Of a stretch of DNA of 64,000 bases, positions 1 through 15,149 are shown piece by piece. The DNA is taken from NCBI RefSeq assembly GCF_009914755.1, contig NC_060936.1; one strand, given 5' to 3'. Every line of letters starts with the position of its first letter. The stretch's first letter is position 1. The position numbers and the translations under genes were made by a program. The stretch comes from the human T2T-CHM13v2.0 reference genome, Homo sapiens. Below the pieces are notes generated by a model. That model did not search any database, was not told the DNA's origin, and worked only from the letters and a program-made list of their open reading frames with translations.

Positions 1-285
1 GTAGGCACTTATAGCTATAAATTTCCCTCTTAGTACTGCTTTTGCTGTATCGTATGGGTTTTGGCATGTTCTGTTTCCGTTATCATTTGTTTTAAGAAAT
101 TTTTCATTTTTCTCTTTAATTTCATTGTTGATCCACTGGTCATTCAGAAGCATATTGTTTAATTTCCACGTGTTTTTATAGTCCCCAAAATTCTTCTGGT
201 TGTTGACTTCTAGTTTTATTCCATTGTGGTCAGAGAAGATGCTTTATATTATTTCCATCTTTTTCAATGTTTTAAGACTTGTTTT

Positions 286-574
286 GGCCGGGTGCGGTGG
301 CTCACACCTGTAATCTCAGCACTTTGGGAGGCCGAGGTGGGTGGATCACGAGGTCAAGAGATTGAGACCATCCTGGCCAACTTGGTGAAACACCGTCTCT
401 ACTAAAAATACAAAAATTAGCGGGGCGTGGTGGCGGGCGCCTGTAATCGCAGCTACTCAGGAGGCTGAGGCAGAAGAATTGCTGAAATCCGGGAGAAAGA
501 GGTTGCAGTGAGCCTAGATCACGTCACTGTACTCCAGCCTGGTGAAAGAGTGAGACTCTGTCTCAAAAAAAAAA
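286..574 (+). mobile_element. Alu (AluSc-like)
   Basis: Full dimer with A-tail; TSD AAGACTTGTTTT at 274-285 and 575-586. Confidence 0.95.
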
Positions 575-2143
575 AAGACTTGTTTTGTTTCCTAACATAT
601 AGTCTATCTTTGAGAATAATCCATGTGCTGAGGACAAGGATGTGTATTCTGTAGCAGTTGGATGAAATGTTCTGTAAATATCTATTAGTTCCTTTCATTG
701 TATAGTGCAGGTTAAGTCTGATATTTCTTTGCTGATTTTCTGCCTGGAAATCTGTCCAGTGCTGAAAGTGGGGTGTTGAAGTCTCCAGTTATTATTGTAT
801 TGGGATCTATCCCTCTCTTTAGCTCTAATAGTATTTGCTTTATATATCTGGGTGCTCCAGTGTTGGGTACACATATGTTTACAATTGATACATCCTCTTG
901 CTGAATTGACCCCTTTGCCATCATATAATGACCCTCTTTGTCTCTTTTTACAGTTTTTGTCTTGACATCTATTTTGTCTGATATAGTATAAGTACTCTTG
1001 CTCTTCTTTGGTTTCCATTGGCGTGGCATATCTTTTTCCATCCTTTATTTTCAATCTATTTGTGTCTTTATATGTAAAGTGTGTTTCCTGTAAGCATCAG
1101 ATTATTGGGTCCACTTAGCCACTCTGTCTTTTGATTGGAGAGTTTAGTCAATTTATATTCAATGTTATTATTGGTAAGTAAGGACTAACCCTGCCATTTT
1201 GTCATTTATTTTCTAGATGTTTTGTGATCTGCTCTTCCTTCTTTCCTTTCTTCTTGTCTTCCTATTAGTGAAGGTGTTTTTCTCTGCTGGTATGATTTAA
1301 TTTCCTGCTTTTTATTTTTTGTGTATCTGTTCTATGTTCTTTGATTTGAGGTTACCAAGAGGCTTGCAATACTATCTTCTAACCCATTATTTTAGGAGGG
1401 TAGCCATGTTACATGGATTGCGTAAACAAATACATAAACAAACACACAAAAAGAAAACTAACAAGAACTCTACAATTTAACTTCCTCTCCTCAGTTTTTA
1501 ACGTGTTGTTGTTTCTTTTTATGGCTTATTATACTGTCTGTGTCTTGAACAGTTGTTGTAATTACTATTTTCAATTGGTTCATCATTTATCCTTTCTACT
1601 TAAGGGTACTTTATACACTCCTCTGACTGTGTTTTTCAAATAGCCAGTCTTCCAGCTCACTAATTCTTTTTTCTGCTTGATCAATTGTGCTATTAAGAGA
1701 CTCTGCTGCTTTCTTCAGTATGACAATTGCATTTTTCAACTCTAGAATTTCTATTTGATTCTTTTAAATAATTTTAATCCATTTGTTAAAATTATCTGAT
1801 AGGATTCTGAATTTCTTGTCTATGTTATTGTGAATTTCCTTGAGCTTCTTCAACAAAGCTATTTTGAATTTTCCATCTGAAAGGTCACATATCTGTTTCT
1901 GTAGGATTGGTGCCTCGTGCCTTATTCAGTTTGGTGAATTCATGTTTTCTTGGATGGTCTTAAAGCTTGTAGGTGTTCATTGGTGTCTGGACATTGAAGA
2001 GTTAGATATTAATTGTAGTCATTACAGTCTGGGCTTGTTTGTGCCCATCCTTCTTGGGGAGGCTTTCTAGGTATTCAAATGGACCTGGGACCCAAACCCA
2101 ATAATTCTGTGGTTCTTGCAGGCTCATAGAGGTACTACCTTGG

Positions 2144-2948
2144 TGTTTGTATAGGAAAAACTCTCCTTTAATCATGTTTTGTCCTTTACTCTCACACTAC
2201 AACAATCATCAACACAAAAGAAGACATCTGTGACCAAATGTGTGGCGTTTTTTCCCATACATCAAGCAATAGGCACCAGCTATGTGCTCTCTAATTCAGT
2301 TTCAATACTATCTACCCAAAGATAGTGTCAGATCCCACAGGTTGAGGGCTCAGTCCCCAAGACTGCCCCCTCATACACACATGCACCAGTCGCAAGTCCG
2401 GGCCTCCAGAACTTCTGACTGACCAACTTCATGTCAGGGTTCCCATGACCCCTTCTTTGCATTCAATTAATTTGCTATGAGCAAATTAGATTCAGGTTCA
2501 CATAACTTGGGAAAACACTTATGTACATTTATTGGTTTATATAAAGAACATTGCAAAGGATACAGATGAAGAGACACATAGGGTGAGTTATGACGAAGGG
2601 GCACAGAGCTTCCATATCCTCCCTGGGCGTACCACCCTTCAGAGTCCTCCATGTGTTCAGCTATCTGGAAGCTCACTGAACCCTGTCCTCTTGGGTTTGT
2701 ATGGAAGCTTCATGATATCAGTGTTCCTTTCCCAAAGGTATAGGGGTGGGACCCTCTCATGGGAGGATCGTAAGAACCACAATCAGAAAGGTGGGGGAAT
2801 TTTAGAGTGGAAGGAGGGCAGGAGAAGGTCAGAAACCTGACCCTGAGGCCTAACACACCCAACATTATAACAAAAGACTGTAACGAGGGCCATGGGAGTT
2901 ATGAGCCAGGAACCATGGATGAAAATCAATATATATCATAACACCACA
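2144..2948. mobile_element. Solo LTR (MER21-like) inserted in the L1
   Basis: TG...CA ends; L1 sequence resumes directly after 2948; motif AGATCCCACAGGTTGAGGGCTCAGTCCC resembles the recalled MER21 consensus. Confidence 0.65.
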
Positions 2949-3986
2949 GTGGTCTTGGGTAAGAACCAGAAGAATTCTCTGAATTACCAGGCAGAGACTC
3001 TTGTTCTTTTCCCTTACTTTCTTCCAAACAAATGAAGTCTGTATCTCTGTGCTGGGTGTCCCGGAACTGGAGGTGGTGGGACACTAGCACCCCTGTGGCC
3101 ACCTCCACTGGGATTGTACTGGTTCAGACCCGAAGCCAGCACAGGACTGGATCATGCCCAAAGCTTGCTGTAATCACTACCTGGCTACCACCTAAGTTCA
3201 CTCAAGGTCCTAGGGCTTTACAATCAGCAAGTGGCAAAGCCAACTAGGTTTGTGTCCCTCCTTTCAGGGCAGTGAGTTTCCATAGGCCCTGGGTGGGTCC
3301 AGAGATTCTGTCTGGGAGCCAAGGATTGAAGTAAAAGAAATTAGAAATTGACCTTGTGTTGTATGCTACTGTGGCCAAATCGGCACTCAAGCCACCAGAC
3401 AAAATCTTTCCCACTCTTCCTGCCTCTTTCCACATGCAGAGGATCCTCTCTCCGTGGCCACCACCACTGGCCCATGGGGGCTTCTGCCAGGCCACCACTG
3501 ATGTTCACTTAAAGCCCAAAGCCTCTTTAGTCAGCTTGTGGTAAATGCTGCCAGGCCTGGGACTCACCCTTCAGAGCACTGGGCTCTCCTCTGGCCAAGG
3601 GCAGGTCCAGAAATGCTGACAAGAGCCTAGGCCTGGATTCAGGGATGCCATGAGCCTGCTTGTTGCTCTACCCCACAGTGGCCAAACTGGTATCTAAGGT
3701 GCAGACAGAGTCCCCTTTTCTTTCCACCCCCCGATTTTCTCAAACAGAAGGAGTCTTTCACCATAGCCACCCCCGTTGGGAATGTGTTGGGTCATTACTG
3801 AAGCTAGCACATCTCAGAGCCCAAAACCCTCAGCATATTACCTGGGTATTGCTGTTGGTTACTCAGGGCCCAGGGGCTCTTTATTTAGCAAGTGATCAAT
3901 CCTGCCAGGTCTCTGCTGTGACGGGGCAGCACTGAGTCCAATGTAAAGTCCCTTAGTCACTGCACTCTACATCTCCCAAGCATACA

Positions 3987-4318
3987 TGTATTTTTAGTGG
4001 AGACAGGGTTTCGCCATATTGGCCAGGCTCATCTCGAACTCCTGACCTCAGGTGATCTGCCTGCCTTGGCCTCCCAAAGTGCTAGGATTACAGGCGTGAG
4101 CCACCGCACCCTGCCATAAATGATGTAGGTTTCTATTCAGCCATCTTGCTCTGCCTCATCTGTTAGTATATGTAATTGGGATCAAAAGCATTTGTTTTTG
4201 TTTTTAACCTTTTTAAAATTTAATATTCTCATCTTAGCGCAAGATCAATACCTGGCAAATATAAAAGAGTAAGGCTATTGTTCACCAAATCAATTATCTG
4301 GTAATAAGATATTGGAGC
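3987..4318 (+). repeat. ~330-bp dispersed direct copy of 5152-5480 (Alu left arm + L1 5' end + unique flank)
   Basis: Alignment by eye gives roughly 90% identity; both copies end ...ATATTGGAGC. Confidence 0.95.
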
Positions 4319-4971
4319 TCCTAAGTGGCTGCTGCCAGGGGATGGGGAAGAGATGGTGCAATAACTCCCTTAGCCACCTGCCTGGTGTCTCAGTAGGTCA
4401 TGTGCCTCCCCAGTCCACTGGCTCTGAGACCAGCTCAGTACTAGGACTTGCAGACCATGTGGCCTAGACTGCCTCTCAAGTTCTCTTAGGACCCCAGAGC
4501 ACTTCAGCCTGTGATGGCAAAGCTTGCTAGAACTCAAGCTCCAACCATGGAGGGAGCATCTGGACTGACCCTAGCCTGTGGGACCTGTTTGAGTGAGCGA
4601 TTTCTGTCTGGCTACAGCCAGTCCAAATGTTCCGTCTATACGCAGATGTCAGCTCAGTATAGCCTGGTTCTGCTTTCCGCTATGACAGGGCAGCACTGAG
4701 TGCAATGCAAAGGCTCAAAGTCTCTGTGTTCTCCCTCTACCAAACCCAGAGATCCTCCATGCTGCATGGCTGCTGCAGGGGATAGGGGAGTGGTGGCATC
4801 AGCAATTCAAGACTGTCTTTCCTGTCCTCTTTAATGTCTCTTTTAGCAATATGAAGTTAAAACTAGACACTGTGATTGCTCACCTGATTTTTTATTCTTG
4901 TGATGGTGCTTTTGATGTGTAGTTAGCTGCTAAAATTTGGTGTTCTTGCAGAGGGTATAAATGGTGTAGGC

Positions 4972-5278
<307 letters not shown>

Positions 5279-8200
5279 ATAAATGGTGTAGGTTTCTATT
5301 CAACCATCTTGCTCTGCCTCATGTGTCAGTATATGTAATTGGGATCAAAGCATTTGTTTTTGTTTTTAACCTTTTTAAAATTTAATGTTCTCATCTTAGT
5401 GCAAGATCAATACCTGGCAAATATGAAAGACTAAGGCTATTATTCACCAAATCAATTCTCTGGTAATAAAATATTGGAGCAAATATTAACTTTAAGACTT
5501 GATATACTATACTTAAAAGTTACTAATTCTCATAATATACAGTGTGGAAAGATGAAGGGATTTTGAAAAAAGCAAACAAATTTTTGCTAATATTTACTGA
5601 TTTTTTAAAACAAACACAAGTAAATACTAAATTTTTAAAAGACTTTTTTATAATTTTAAGGAATTTCTTTTTCAAGACTACATATAATGTTATGTCCATT
5701 GTTCTTCCTTTCAGAAATTCTTTTACATTTTCCATTTATTGAATAAGGCTGGTTCCTTTTTTATGATTTTAGAGACAAAAGGATGAAGGTTTTTTTTTTC
5801 TTTAAATTATGTTTTGATTATTCTCTGTGTTAAAAAAAAATCATTTTTCTAAGATTATTCCCTACCCTACTCTCTTCTGGAGCAAATCACCCACCCGTTT
5901 TTTTTTCATTTTTTTTGTTTTGTTTTGTTTTTTGTTTTGTGGGATAGTGTTGGGTTTCTCCTTCCTTTCAGTTTTCTGTTATTCTAGTTGCTGTCACACA
6001 ATTTTGTAAGTAGAAGCACTTTTCTTTGAAAACAAATATCTGCTTCTTTGTTTGCTTAGCTTGGAGGTCAGTAAGAAAGACTCCACTGCTTAGTCAGCAG
6101 CCCAATTCCAGGGTTAGATTACAGAGGATGGCAGAACATAACAGGCAACAGTTAACTCTTTATGACCATGTTTAAGAAAAGAGCATGAACTGGGAGAGCC
6201 TAGCTAAAACCCTGCAAGGTGAAACAGTTTTTCTGCAGAAACAAAACAAAGGTGCTTCCGGCTCTGGGATACCATTTGCATGGTAGAAGAAAAAAATACT
6301 ATGTTTGACAAAGAGAGATAGTATCAGCCTCTTAAACAACCACTATGTTCCTTTGAATTGGATATCACAATAATTTACATAATGTCAGAACACTGTGTAG
6401 AGGAAATACTGGAATGGGTAGTCTATTGGTGATGAAAAACAAAACATAATTTTGAATTGTTGCAGAACACTTGGTTATCTTAATTACAAAGAACAGTGAT
6501 TGCAACACACTGGTTTGTTTTGTTAAAATTTTCTGACAATGACCAGATTAAGCTAAACTTGATAATGACCAGATTAAACTTGTTTTGATCAAGTAGACAG
6601 TGTGCCGACTTTTCTTTTTAAGAAGTTCTTAGGTTACTTGGAAAAATACAGAAACTTAACATCCAGTACAGTTGAAAACAAGCAAATTCTATCTTTGCTT
6701 TGGAGAATGCTAGAAATAAAAAGCTGTGCAATGGGCCAAGTTTGCCCTTCACGCCACCTCTCTAATTGTACCCACTTCCAGCCCCAGAGGCCATCCCTAA
6801 GTGCCATTCTGGAGATGATCCTTTTCTGGATTCTTGTCCTCTGGTTTTTCCCTGATTATTCTTACTTTGTCTCAAAGTTTTCTTTTTCTTTCTCCAAACT
6901 TAATTATTAGCCGTGTGTCTTGTACCTTGACACTGCATTGGATCATTAAATCTTCATTATGCTGGTCAGAAGAAAAAGTCATGAGTGACTTTCTCAGGCC
7001 TGAAAAATGTGCGTGCAGTAGGTTAAACATATCTTATAGATCATGGTCAAAATTGCAATCTTATAGTGGGCCTTTAAAACTGATGAGGGGCAGAGGAGTT
7101 CTAATTTCCCCGTTTCTTGTTACAAAAATTATTGAAAACTTGTAACTAAAGCAAGAGAATGGCTCTGTGTTCCTTTTGTGTCTTCCTGGAGCATTGTCTC
7201 ACAGGCTAACCCAAAATTTGCTTAGTTTTCTAGGGGAATATGTCATTGTTAATTATTTTAATTAGAGCTCACTCTGTGATATTGCTTGATACCTTTAAAT
7301 TTCTGTCTATTGGAGATGCAAATGATTTCTGTCTGATAGAAAAAAGAAAAACACAGAGGTTATGGTTTTATTGCCCTATAGGACTTCAGCCAGCTTAGTT
7401 TCTAATCTCTCAATCTTCCAACATCCAATCCTCTCTAACTTCAGTCCTTATAAATATCTAGTTTCTCAAATGCTTCCTTCTGGTTCTTTCATCGAGTTAA
7501 ACAAATTTTGACACATGCCTATCCTGTGCTTATGTGAGAGTCATGTTTTTTTCTTTTGAAAGTTATACCCTGCTGTCCTGAATGAAGACTTAGGGAGGCA
7601 TATGTTTTCTGGTCACTTCCTACAGAAAGTAACCAGAAAGAAAATAAAGAGCACCCTAGTCACTTTTGGTACACACAGTTTCAATTTAGTAACTAGAATG
7701 TCCAATATCATTTAATTTTCAAAATTCTGGATTCTCCTCTTCCAGCGGAGGCCTGCCTCAGGATGGAAGTCTGCACTGGGAACAGGGAGTGTGGTTCTGC
7801 TCAACTGCCCTTACGCTCACCAGATGAGTTGTGATTTTGGATCCCATCAGCATCAAAGCGGAATGGGGTATATGGAGAGAGGTAAGGTGTTTGGCCAGGG
7901 CTTGCTTGCCTCCGTGGCTTCATATTCTCTATACAGGGCTGACAGTTAATGCTGACAGCATCTCTGCTAGGCCCTTCTCTCATGTAGCTTCCTTGATCTG
8001 CACAGATAAAAATTTGTTGAATTTCTTCATCAGTCCCTGGGCAACCAGGTGGTTCCTCTCAGCTTTTTCCTAAAATGATCTCAGCTCACTCTAGATGGTC
8101 CTACTGGGCAACAGCCAAGATGACAACCTAAGCCACTGGTCCTTGGAAATGCCTAATCTTTGCCCCACAAAACTCTTGGAATGTGGGGTGATCCTACAGG

Positions 8201-8650
8201 AAGAGCCTCTCAGTACCCCCTCAGTAAGTGATTAGCCCTTTCTTTCACTGTCTAGATTTCCTAGCTGGGAATCAGACCTCTATTCAGTACCGCTTTAAGC
8301 TTTCTCACATGTGAGTCAGACAAGGGTACTCTGTGTCTTCAAATTTAGGGAGCACAGTTATTTGAGTGGTCATGTCTAAAAGCTTGTGGATAGAAGTTTG
8401 CACCTGTCATCCAAGGTGGAAGGGTCAGTCAGACCTTTCCAAAGTAATCTGTTTATTAATTCAACTCATGTCCACACTCTAAACCCTTTGGATGATTTCA
8501 TTTAGTTAAGGAGATCAAGGGTTGTGGAACATTTCTCCATTCTATTTCTTTGTAAATCTACATATGGTTGCAAGGATGTAGGGAGTCATCTCTCTCTTGC
8601 TTTGGTACTATGACTATTGCCTCACTCAAAACTGAGTTAAAAATAATCTC

Positions 8651-8784
8651 GGCTGGGTGCAGTGGCTCATGCCTGTAATCCCAGCACTTTGACAGGTCGA
8701 GGCGGGAGCTGAGATCGTGCCACTGCACTCTCCAGTCTGGTGCCAGAGTGAGACACCCTCTCAAAAAAAAAAAAAAAAAAAAAA
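8651..8784 (+). mobile_element. Internally deleted Alu (first ~55 nt fused to last ~60 nt, plus A-tail)
   Basis: GGCTGGGTGCAGTGG...GAGGCGG joined to GAGCTGAGATCGTGCCACTG...poly(A); flanked by AATCTC repeats. Confidence 0.9.
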
Positions 8785-8793
8785 TCTCATTCT

Positions 8794-9092
8794 GGCCAGG
8801 TGCAGTGGCTCACGCTTGTAATCCTAGCACTTCGGGAGGCCAAGGCGGGTGGATCATTTGAGGTCAGGAGTTCAAGACCAGCCTGGCCAAAATGGCAAAA
8901 CCCCTGTCTCTACTAAAAATACAAAAATTAGCTGGGTGTGGTGGCGGGTGCCTATCATCTCAGCTACTCGGGAAGGCTGAGGCAGGAGAATCACTTGACC
9001 CCGGGAGGCGGAGGTTGCTGTGAGCTGAGATCATGCCACTGCACTCCAGCCTGGGCAACAAGAACAAAACTCTGACTCAAAATAAATAAGAT
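8794..9092 (+). mobile_element. AluS (Sq/Sx-like)
   Basis: Full dimer; 3' TSD AAAATAATCTCATTCT at 9093-9108. Confidence 0.95.
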
Positions 9093-9490
9093 AAAATAAT
9101 CTCATTCTAATTTCCTGTTACAATTATATTTAAATTCACTGGAAACAAGCAAGTGTCATGATGGGTGTTTTAGATTTTGTAGGTGGGAAGCCTTTACTGC
9201 ATCAGGAGACTCACTGGGATAGAAGCAATCCCCACAGGGATTGTCTACTCAGTCCATGAGTAAAGCTGGCTCCGGAATGAAAGCAGAGCTTTATGAATAT
9301 GGCCATTATTCAGCAAAAGGCATACATCTTTCCTTCATATGCATATGATGGGTATATGTGTACTTTAAAATCCCATTTCAATGAACTTGTAGTGGTATAT
9401 GCAACTGTGTCTCCATCTCCTCAACTTTCATCTGATATTTGATATTTGTTGATTGAACTTTATGCTAGGTGCTGGGGTACACAGTGGTGA

Positions 9491-9790
<300 letters not shown>

Positions 9791-9894
9791 CAAACATATA
9801 TTTTCTTGTGACTTATGACTCTCACACACAGGGCTAATCTTGCAAATGATTATATTTTTTAATACTCTTTCTATCACATTTCTAGGATATACTG

Positions 9895-10090
9895 GAAATC
9901 ACTTTCTTTGGAATTAGACCCGGGTTTGAAGACCAATTCTGTCATCTGTGATTATCTTTATGACTTGGGAAATTTACTTAATCTCTCTGAGACTCAGTTT
10001 ACTCATCTGCAAATAAGACTAACACTGACCAGCTTAGGTTGTTTTATTAAGTGAGATGATGCCTTTAAAGTGCTGACATGAAGTAGGTAT
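9895..10090 (+). mobile_element. MIR
   Basis: MIR core TGACTTGGGAAATTTACTTAATCTCTCTGAGACTCAGTTTACTCATCTG; boundaries approximate. Confidence 0.75.
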
Positions 10091-10388
10091 TTTCCAAGTG
10101 AACTCCCCAGGAGTTTTTCTTCATTCTGCTTTTGAGGCACCTCGCCCAGTTTGGGCATAGTGCTGAGGTTCATTATGAAAGAAACTTTGCCTCCTGTGTT
10201 CTTAAAACTAAAAGTCATTCCTCGTATTTACCATTTGGAGCATGAGATTGTTCACTTTTATTTTAATCAACGGGATTATAACTATGCTTTTTTATTCAGA
10301 TTCTGAATAACCACTTAAATAACTGCCACTTTATAGACACAAACCAGACTGCTGCACATTTTCTTATCCATTGTTTTAACTACACCTC

Positions 10389-10695
10389 TTTTTTTTTTTT
10401 TTATTTTGGAGACACAGTCTCATTCTGTCGGCCAGGCTGGAGTGCAGTGGCACAATCTCAGCTCACTGCAACATCCATTCCATCTCCCGGGCTCAAGCAA
10501 TTCTCCTGCCTCAGCCTCCCGAGTAGCTGGGATTACAAGCGTGTGCCACCACGTCGGGCTAACTTTTGTATTTTTAGTAGAGACAGGGTTTCACCATGTT
10601 GGCCAGGCTCATCTCAAACTCCTGACCTCAGGTAATCTCCCCACCTTGACCTCCCAAAGTGCTGGGATTATAGGCGTGAGCCACTGTGCCCAGCC
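10389..10695 (-). mobile_element. AluS
   Basis: Antisense dimer; TSD CTAYACCTCTTTTTT. Confidence 0.95.
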
Positions 10696-11059
10696 CTATA
10701 CCTCTTTTTTTGATTATTACTTCAGAATTCTTATAAAGACTCACGGATATTTAGAGATCAGTAACTTGCTTCTTAAAATGGAGCAAATAATATATTTAGC
10801 CATTAATCACAAAGTTAGCTTAAGATTTGCTCAGCAAGCACCACGGGTGTGTCACCTTGTAACCAATCATTGACTAAGTGGTATTTCTGTAGGAGAGATA
10901 GAAAGTACTATGACATTAATGAGGCATCATTTTATAGGTAGGAAATTTGATTGCATTAGTGCTTTTTGGTTTCAACTCCAGAGTGTCAACAGACTCACAG
11001 ATTGTTAATTCCCATTGCACCCCTAGATTAACATCAGATTGATCTAGTTTTTCAGTCTG

Positions 11060-11433
11060 TGTATTAGTCCATTCTCACACTGCTATAAAGAACTGCTTGA
11101 GACTGCGTAATTTACAAAGGAAAGAGGCTTAACTGACTCACAGTTCCACAGGGCTGGGGAGATCTCAGGAAGCTTACAATCATGGTGGAAGGGGAAGCAA
11201 ACACGTCCTTCTTTGCATGGCAGCAGGAAGGAGAAGTGCCAAGCAAAGGGGGAAAAGCCCCTTATAAAACCATCAGATCTCAAGAGGACTCACTCACTAT
11301 CACAAGAATGGCATGGAGGTAACCGCCCATATGATTCCATTACATCCCATCAAGTCCCTCCCACAACATGTGGGGATTATGGGAACTAAAATTCAAGATG
11401 AGATTTGAGCGGGGACACAGCCAAGCCATATCA
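11060..11433 (-). mobile_element. THE1 (MaLR) solo LTR, THE1C/D-like
   Basis: TGTATTAGTCC...GCCATATCA; perfect 5-bp TSD GTCTG at 11055-11059 and 11434-11438. Confidence 0.9.
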
Positions 11434-11706
11434 GTCTGCCTGTCCTTTCTTGTTCTCCACCCAACTCACCAAGACTCATTCAGCACTTCACATGGGAAAC
11501 AGCCTTGGGTACTCAATCACAAGACTTACAAGAGTTCAATGCCCTTGGAGACCACTCAGTTTGTACTACCAGTCATTTAAACTACAGTTATAACTGTCCT
11601 CACTGGTCCTTGGCAGAAACCAGGTTCCTCATAAAAAGACAAAAGGACAAAGGTATTAGGGATCATCTCAGATCAACTTGATGGTTGATTTTTCAAACTG
11701 ATGTTT

Positions 11707-11998
11707 GTATTTTTTTTTTTTTTTTGAGATGGGGGTCTCACTCTGTTGCCCAGGCTAGAGTACAGTGACAAGATCTCGGGTCACTGCAGCCTCAACCTCC
11801 TGGGCTCAAGTAATCCTCCCACCTCGGCTTCCCAAGTAGTTGGGACTACAGGCACACATCACCATATCTAGCTAATTTTTATTTTTATTTTTTGTAGAGA
11901 CAGGATCTTGCCATGTTGCCCAGCCTGGGCTGAGGTGATCTGCCCATCTTGGCCTCCCAAAGTGCTGGGATTATAGGTGTGAACCACTGCACCTGGCC
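11707..11998 (-). mobile_element. AluJ
   Basis: J-type diagnostics (CTGCAGCCTCAACCTCCTGGGCTCAAG); TSD CAAACTGATGTTT. Confidence 0.9.
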
Positions 11999-13137
11999 CA
12001 AACTGATGTTTAAAAAAATCAGTGAAACTTTTTTCTTAAATACATAAGCATCATTGTAAATGATTATTTAACCAATAAATGGTGGCTAGCTTGGTTAAAG
12101 GAAGGATGGGGGATCTAGAGATCTACCCACTCAGCCCCTCCTTATCTGAGCTTTTTCTGAAGACTCAAAATGCTATGCTTGTCACAGTCTGAAAAGCACT
12201 CATCTAAGTTAAGCCCTTCATTTTGCAGATGAGGAAACTGCAGCCCAGAGGGATGGAAAAACTTACTCAAGATGACCTACAGAGCAGGAGGTTTTATTCA
12301 GGACCTATTCTGAAATTTTTGATTTGTTGTTGTTCATACAATCCTGCTACTTTGGATGGCAGCTAAATAGGACTGGGGGAGGCCTTGAGGTGCCCACGCA
12401 AGATTTAAGGAAGCACTCCCTTTCAGGTCTGGACAAGTGCCAACTCTATACTTGCAAGGACTAGGGAGGGAGTGCTTCCTTGAATTTTGCAACTAATCCC
12501 AGTCCTGCCTCTATTCATATCTAAAATACTATCATCTCCAAACATGCTGATCTTCTACTTCATGTTGCCTCTTGCCCTCTTATCTTTGTCTTTCCATTAG
12601 ATTGTTAACTTTGGAGGTCAAGGGCAATGTCTTTCATCCTTATTTTCCTAGGGTTTGGTATAGCATATGGAAAATAACGGGTCTTCAGTAAGTATCTACT
12701 GAAAGAACTGATGGGTGAGTGGGTCTAAATTCTGTTTTTGATGAAGGCTTTCCTGATCCCTCAAATTCACTCTGATGTCTCCATCCTCTGAAATCCTAAC
12801 ATATTATCCGTATTCTCTGAATAACTCAATTCATTTAATTATATATGTTGACATAACTTTTATGTTTATGTAACTCTTGTGCAGCAACTTAATTTTCCAA
12901 TTTTCTCTTTCTTTATGCACAATTAGATTTTAGTTAGTTAAGAGCAAATGCCAATTTGTGTTCTTTGAATTTTCTCAGCAGCTAGCAGAAGATTTTGCAC
13001 ACTGAAGGTACATAGCAAATGTTTCTTCAATATATGATGAAGAACAAACAAGTAAGTAGATGAATGGCATTTTCTCAGCTGAAAATAGAATCTACGGTAA
13101 CTGTTTTCAAGTCCTAGCTTGCCTCCTAACTACCTGA

Positions 13138-13475
<338 letters not shown>

Positions 13476-13956
13476 TCAGTTTCCTTATATGTAAAATGAA
13501 GAGGTGGTTTGAGTGATTCTGAAGATACTTCCAGCTCTGGCATCCTGTGACTCTATGAATTTAGAAATCTGTCATGCAAGAGGAGTTCAGGTGTAAATTT
13601 TGTTACTATAAATCACTTGCTCATCTAACAGGAATTGTTTACATGTAGCTGATGGTCTAATTTTTAAATGTTCAGAGTCCTAAAATTATGAACAGATTAT
13701 ATGTCAAAAATTAATTTGTAATATACAAGGTATATTATGGTTGAACTAGTTTTTGTGGTCTTAGGCTGGAAATTAAACACCTAGTATATAGAAGCAATAA
13801 TATTTCAAGTATACATATTCATTTATAGCATTATTTCTATGGGAAAATGCACCCAGAATTCTAACTAGGATCTTCAAGAACAACTCTCCCCAGGTCAGTG
13901 CATGGAGCAGAAAGAGAAGGGAAAGGGATAGAATGTCTTCATGACTTTAATCCTAG

Positions 13957-14780
<824 letters not shown>

Positions 14781-15149
14781 GATAATAGTGAGTATTTTAT
14801 TATTTCAGGAAGGTAAAACAGATCTTTTAAAATGGCTCGTTGTATCATTATGTTCTCATTTAGTTATTTTCAGTATTTACTTTTTCTTTGTAAAATAAAC
14901 GTGAAAGTGGCTTGTTAAATTTTTTTTAGAGAAATCTGAGTAATCTTCCCAGAGGCTCCTGAAGAAGATTTAACTTTTTTCTCATCTGATTTTCATATAA
15001 TGTATTCAATTCTACAAGTTCTATTGCTAAAATGCCACACTGTGTGAGTGATGTCCATGTTTGGTGACTAAATTAACTATGTGACAAAACTGATATTTTC
15101 TTAAGGAAAAGTCTAATTTCATGAGGAAGTATTTGGTAGTTCATGGTGG

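Noticed and set aside
695-1054. L1 ORF2-like ORFs here and at 39738-40339, 50784-51086 and 53842-54087 as functional CDS
   Set aside because: They are short, frameshifted remnants of inactive L1 elements.
3987-4115. Independent free left Alu monomer
   Set aside because: It shares its downstream ~200 bp with the Alu at 4972-5278, so it is part of a DNA-level duplication.
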